A DNA stretch of 64,000 nucleotides, taken from assembly GCA_033442325.1 (NCBI GenBank), contig JAWQFM010000001.1:3130430-3194429 (forward strand). The letters run 5' to 3'. The notes beneath the pieces are model-generated. The model saw only the letters and a list, made by a program, of their open reading frames with translations, had not been told where the DNA came from and ran no database searches. Both the position numbers and the translations under genes were made by a program. Numbering within the stretch: position 1 is the stretch's first letter; each line of letters starts with the position of its first letter. Origin of the DNA: Salpingoeca rosetta. Its lineage: Eukaryota > Protista > Choanoflagellata. Positions 60,678 through 64,000 of this stretch are shown here, piece by piece.

Positions 60678-63216
60678 ATGCCCAAGCCGGTAACCAAGAA
60701 GCACCTGACTCCTCAGGAGATCATGGAGATATGTGCGTGCCTGAGGGACATGAGGGGTCAGGGAACCCTGACAGAGAAAGGGAAACGCTTCTGGTTTTGC
60801 ATGTGTACATGCAGTTGAAATTGGCACACTTGGAGAACCGGAGGAAGTCCAAGGGCAAGCGCTCGAAGCCGAATGGCCAGGTCGATGAACATGCTGCTCA
60901 GCAGTTGGGGTATGTTGACACTCTTTTGTTAGTGTGCAAGCTGACGTGTCTGCATGTGTCAACTGTGACATGATTCATTCGCATGGCCGACCTCACTTCA
61001 CTCTTTTACCTCGGTCTGGAGCAACACAGGGTTGGCCTCAGCACCGTGCGTCGGAAGTATGCAATGCTCAACAAGCTGTTGCGAGAGCACGGCATAGATG
61101 TGAGTTGAGGAGATGTACCTGCTGTGGTCAACTCATACACCAGCGTGCTGTTTGTCTTAGATCTGTTCCTGTTGGCTCATATTCCATGTGCTTCGTGTCT
61201 GCAGGGCCTTAAGACGCTTTCTGTTGAGAACCGCCGTGGCAAGGCGACACGGCTGCCGACACGTGTGCCCACGACAAAACGTGTGCTCAGGCAGGTTCGC
61301 GCTCACGTGCGCATGCAGAGAGAAAGGCGGACACCGCATCACGGCCGTACAGGTGCTGACTTCCTACGCAAGCACAGGCATGTGGACGTACGACCTTCGT
61401 TTGCTGGCGATGGTGACGACGAACTGGACAGGGCGCTAGGGCGGCGGCTTCTGCGGGCGGTGCAGCGGTTTTCTTCGTCNNNNNNNNNNNNNNNNNNNNN
61501 NNNNNNNNNNNNNNNNNNNNNNNNNNNNNNNNNNNNNNNNNNNNNNNNNNNNNNNNNNNNNNNNNNNNNNNNNNNNNNNNNNNNNNNNNNNNNNNNNNNN
61601 NNNNNNNNNNNNNNNNNNNNNNNNNNNNNNNNNNNNNNNNNNNNNNNNNNNNNNNNNNNNNNNNNNNNNNNNNNNNNNNNNNNNNNNNNNNNNNNNNNNN
61701 NNNNNNNNNNNNNNNNNNNNNNNNNNNNNNNNNNNNNNNNNNNNNNNNNNNNNNNNNNNNNNNNNNNNNNNNNNNNNNNNNNNNNNNNNNNNNNNNNNNN
61801 NNNNNNNNNNNNNNNNNNNNNNNNNNNNNNNNNNNNNNNNNNNNNNNNNNNNNNNNNNNNNNNNNNNNNNNNNNNNNNNNNNNNNNNNNNNNNNNNNNNN
61901 NNNNNNNNNNNNNNNNNNNNNNNNNNNNNNNNNNNNNNNNNNNNNNNNNNNNNNNNNNNNNNNNNNNNNNNNNNNNNNNNNNNNNNNNNNNNNNNNNNNN
62001 NNNNNNNNNNNNNNNNNNNNNNNNNNNNNNNNNNNNNNNNNNNNNNNNNNNNNNNNNNNNNNNNNNNNNNNNNNNNNNNNNNNNNNNNNNNNNNNNNNNN
62101 NNNNNNNNNNNNNNNNNNNNNNNNNNNNNNNNNNNNNNNNNNNNNNNNNNNNNNNNNNNNNNNNNNNNNNNNNNNNNNNNCGCAAGTGCAGCCGGTGCAA
62201 GCAGCCAGGCACACGCGGAAGAAGTGCCCGTCGCTGAAGAAAACCTGCCTCAACAACCACAGAAGCAACCATCCACACGCAAGTGTGGTCGATGCAAGCA
62301 GCCAGGGCACACGCGGAAGAAGTGCCCCGTCGCTGACGAAGACCTCCCTGAGCAACCACAGCAACAGCAGGGCCGTCCCCGGAAGCCTTCTCGTGGGAGC
62401 TTCCATACAGGGGACTATCATAAAGCCTTTAATTCTGACAACTTCATCAGCTGGTTCAAGGATGCGTTGCTGCCGAACCTGCACCAGCCGTCGCTCATCA
62501 TCATGGACAACGCAGCGTACCACCGCACCCTCCCACCAGACACGCCAGTCCCGGGGAGAATGAAGAAAGCGGACGTCATTGCAGCTCTGCGAGCCAGGAA
62601 CCTGACCGTGAGCGAGATTGACTTCTCCTGCGAGCTGAAAGACCGCCTGAAGTTGTGGGTGAAGAACCACGTCCAACCCGAGGTGGTGCAGCTGGCCGAG
62701 GCGCAAGGCCACAAGGTGCTCTTCTCCCCTCCGTGCTACAGCGACCTCAACCCAATCGAGCTCGTGTGGGCGCTGATCAAGGGCAACGTCGGCCGCAGAT
62801 ACAGCCTCGATACAACCTTCGAGGATGTTGAAAGGCGTCTGGAGGAAGAAATCCAACGCCTGGCAGAGGATCGCGGGCAGTACCGCAAAGATGGCAAGAC
62901 GCGCGTGCAAGCCATCATCGACTCGATCGACAAGCAGCTGGAGCGGCAGCGGCGCATCATCGATGGCAGGGGCGAAGAGGAGGCAGTAGAGCAAGCAGCA
63001 CCATGTACAACCACCCGAGCTGCGAGCGCTGATAGCACTGAGGAGATGGACGTTGAACAAGCAGCCGCAGTCGTGCTCGATGAGGAGGTTGATTGGGTTG
63101 ACGAACGGATGGATGAGGGTGAAGATGGAGAAGAGGGCGAAGAGTGTGAGGAGGGGGACGATGACGGCGTGTCTGAATCAGACTTAGAAGCAGGGGAACA
63201 GAGCGACGCCCTGTGA
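60678..63216 (+). mobile_element. IS630-Tc1-mariner transposase gene, DD83E spacing (Sailor/DD82E-like), with introns and CCHC knuckles; partly in a gap; no TIRs found
   Basis: HTH AAQQLG|VGLSTVRRKY...GID|GLK...RRGK assembled across GT-AG introns; GDYHKAFNSDNFISWF, IIMDNAAYH and FSPPCYSDLNPIELVWALIK with 83 residues between D and E (hand count). Confidence 0.88.
61480..62180. other. Assembly gap (N run)
   Basis: N run within the transposase. Confidence 1.
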
Positions 63217-63499
63217 GCGGATGTGCGGATGTGTGGATATGCGTGTCTTGTTTTCTTGTTGCAGGTGCGTTGTACAGCTTCACATCAACATTCGCTGGGG
63301 TGATGCCATGGTTGCAGGCAGTGTTCGACAGAGAAATGAACACGGCCCTCTCCCGGTGTCGCCAACCTACAGACAGCATCGAGCGCGGCCGTGGCACCTC
63401 GGTGTCGTGAGTGGCGTGGCCGTGGCGTTGCACCACAACTCTACAACCCCAAACACGAATGTTTGGCCCAGTGCGACTAAGGTCGCTTGCACTTGCGTG

Positions 63500-63558
<59 letters not shown>

Positions 63559-63673
63559 CGTCTGCTTGCTCGCCTGCACGCACCCTTGCTCTTCGCATAT
63601 GCCTTGAGTTAAGTCTGGGAATCATGAAAGCAGAAAGGGAGGCCAGGCGCGACTCGTTGCCAAAAATCGAGTG

Positions 63674-63767
<94 letters not shown>

Positions 63768-63878
63768 CCGCGTGTCGGTGTTGACAACACTGTTGGTGTT
63801 TGTTTACAAGTCGTTCTGCGACAAACACAACAGAACAGAACACAACACGCACACGCACACACAGCGCCAAGGAAGGGG

Positions 63879-64000
63879 CTAATCGTCCATGAGGTTGAGC
63901 TTCCGGTTGTGCTCGCGCCGCTTGTTGTGCAGCTTCTTGAGCTCCACGGGGTTGATGGGCATGCCGCCAATGCCCGCGTTCTTCTCCGCCGCGTTCTTGC
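63879..64000 (-). CDS. C-terminal end of an unidentified gene extending beyond the window
   Basis: KNAAEKNAGIGGMPINPVELKKLHNKRREHNRKLNLMDD* with strongly GC3-biased codons, followed by a microsatellite-rich 3' region. Confidence 0.7.
   Translation of the reverse strand, partial: KNAAEKNAGIGGMPINPVELKKLHNKRREHNRKLNLMDD

Noticed and set aside
60776-60790. GGGAAAC slippery heptamer as a programmed -1 frameshift in the transposase
   Set aside because: The heptamer is not in the frame needed to join the upstream ORF to the downstream one; a simple indel is more likely.
60460-63450. gtttggggt (~60465) and accccaaac (~63446) as transposon TIRs
   Set aside because: Only about 9 bp match, with no extension and no TA target duplication.

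Overview
Intron-rich, GC-rich eukaryotic DNA packed with (GT)n/(CA)n microsatellites. Gene content and style fit a choanoflagellate, most likely Salpingoeca rosetta (inference). There are four assembly gaps. Genes in order: 3' end of PRPF8 (+); secreted PAN/Apple-mucin-FAS1x2 protein (-); 1.3 kaa coiled-coil protein (+); kelch/Cys-rich/EGF single-pass receptor with a Raf-like TKL kinase (-); divergent RagA/Gtr1 GTPase (-); TAF7 (+); orphan protein with a thrice-repeated His/Asp motif (-); Niban/FAM129-like PH protein (+); Asteroid/ASTE1-like PIN nuclease (-); receptor tyrosine kinase with two tandem Venus-flytrap (ANF-receptor) modules and three apparent frameshifts (+); EME1-like (-); RPS17 (-); VPS41 (+); unknown membrane protein with a polyQ tail (-); intron-containing DD83E (Sailor-like) IS630-Tc1-mariner transposase with CCHC knuckles (+); and the 3' end of an unidentified gene (-). 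The most interesting signals are the double-VFT tyrosine kinase receptor and its lesions, the zinc-knuckle DD83E transposase, a 5'-(GU)n...(CA)n-3' polarity inside introns that could form splice-site-bridging stems, and the kelch-ectodomain receptor kinase. Exon boundaries were read by eye and family calls come from recalled motifs, not database searches.
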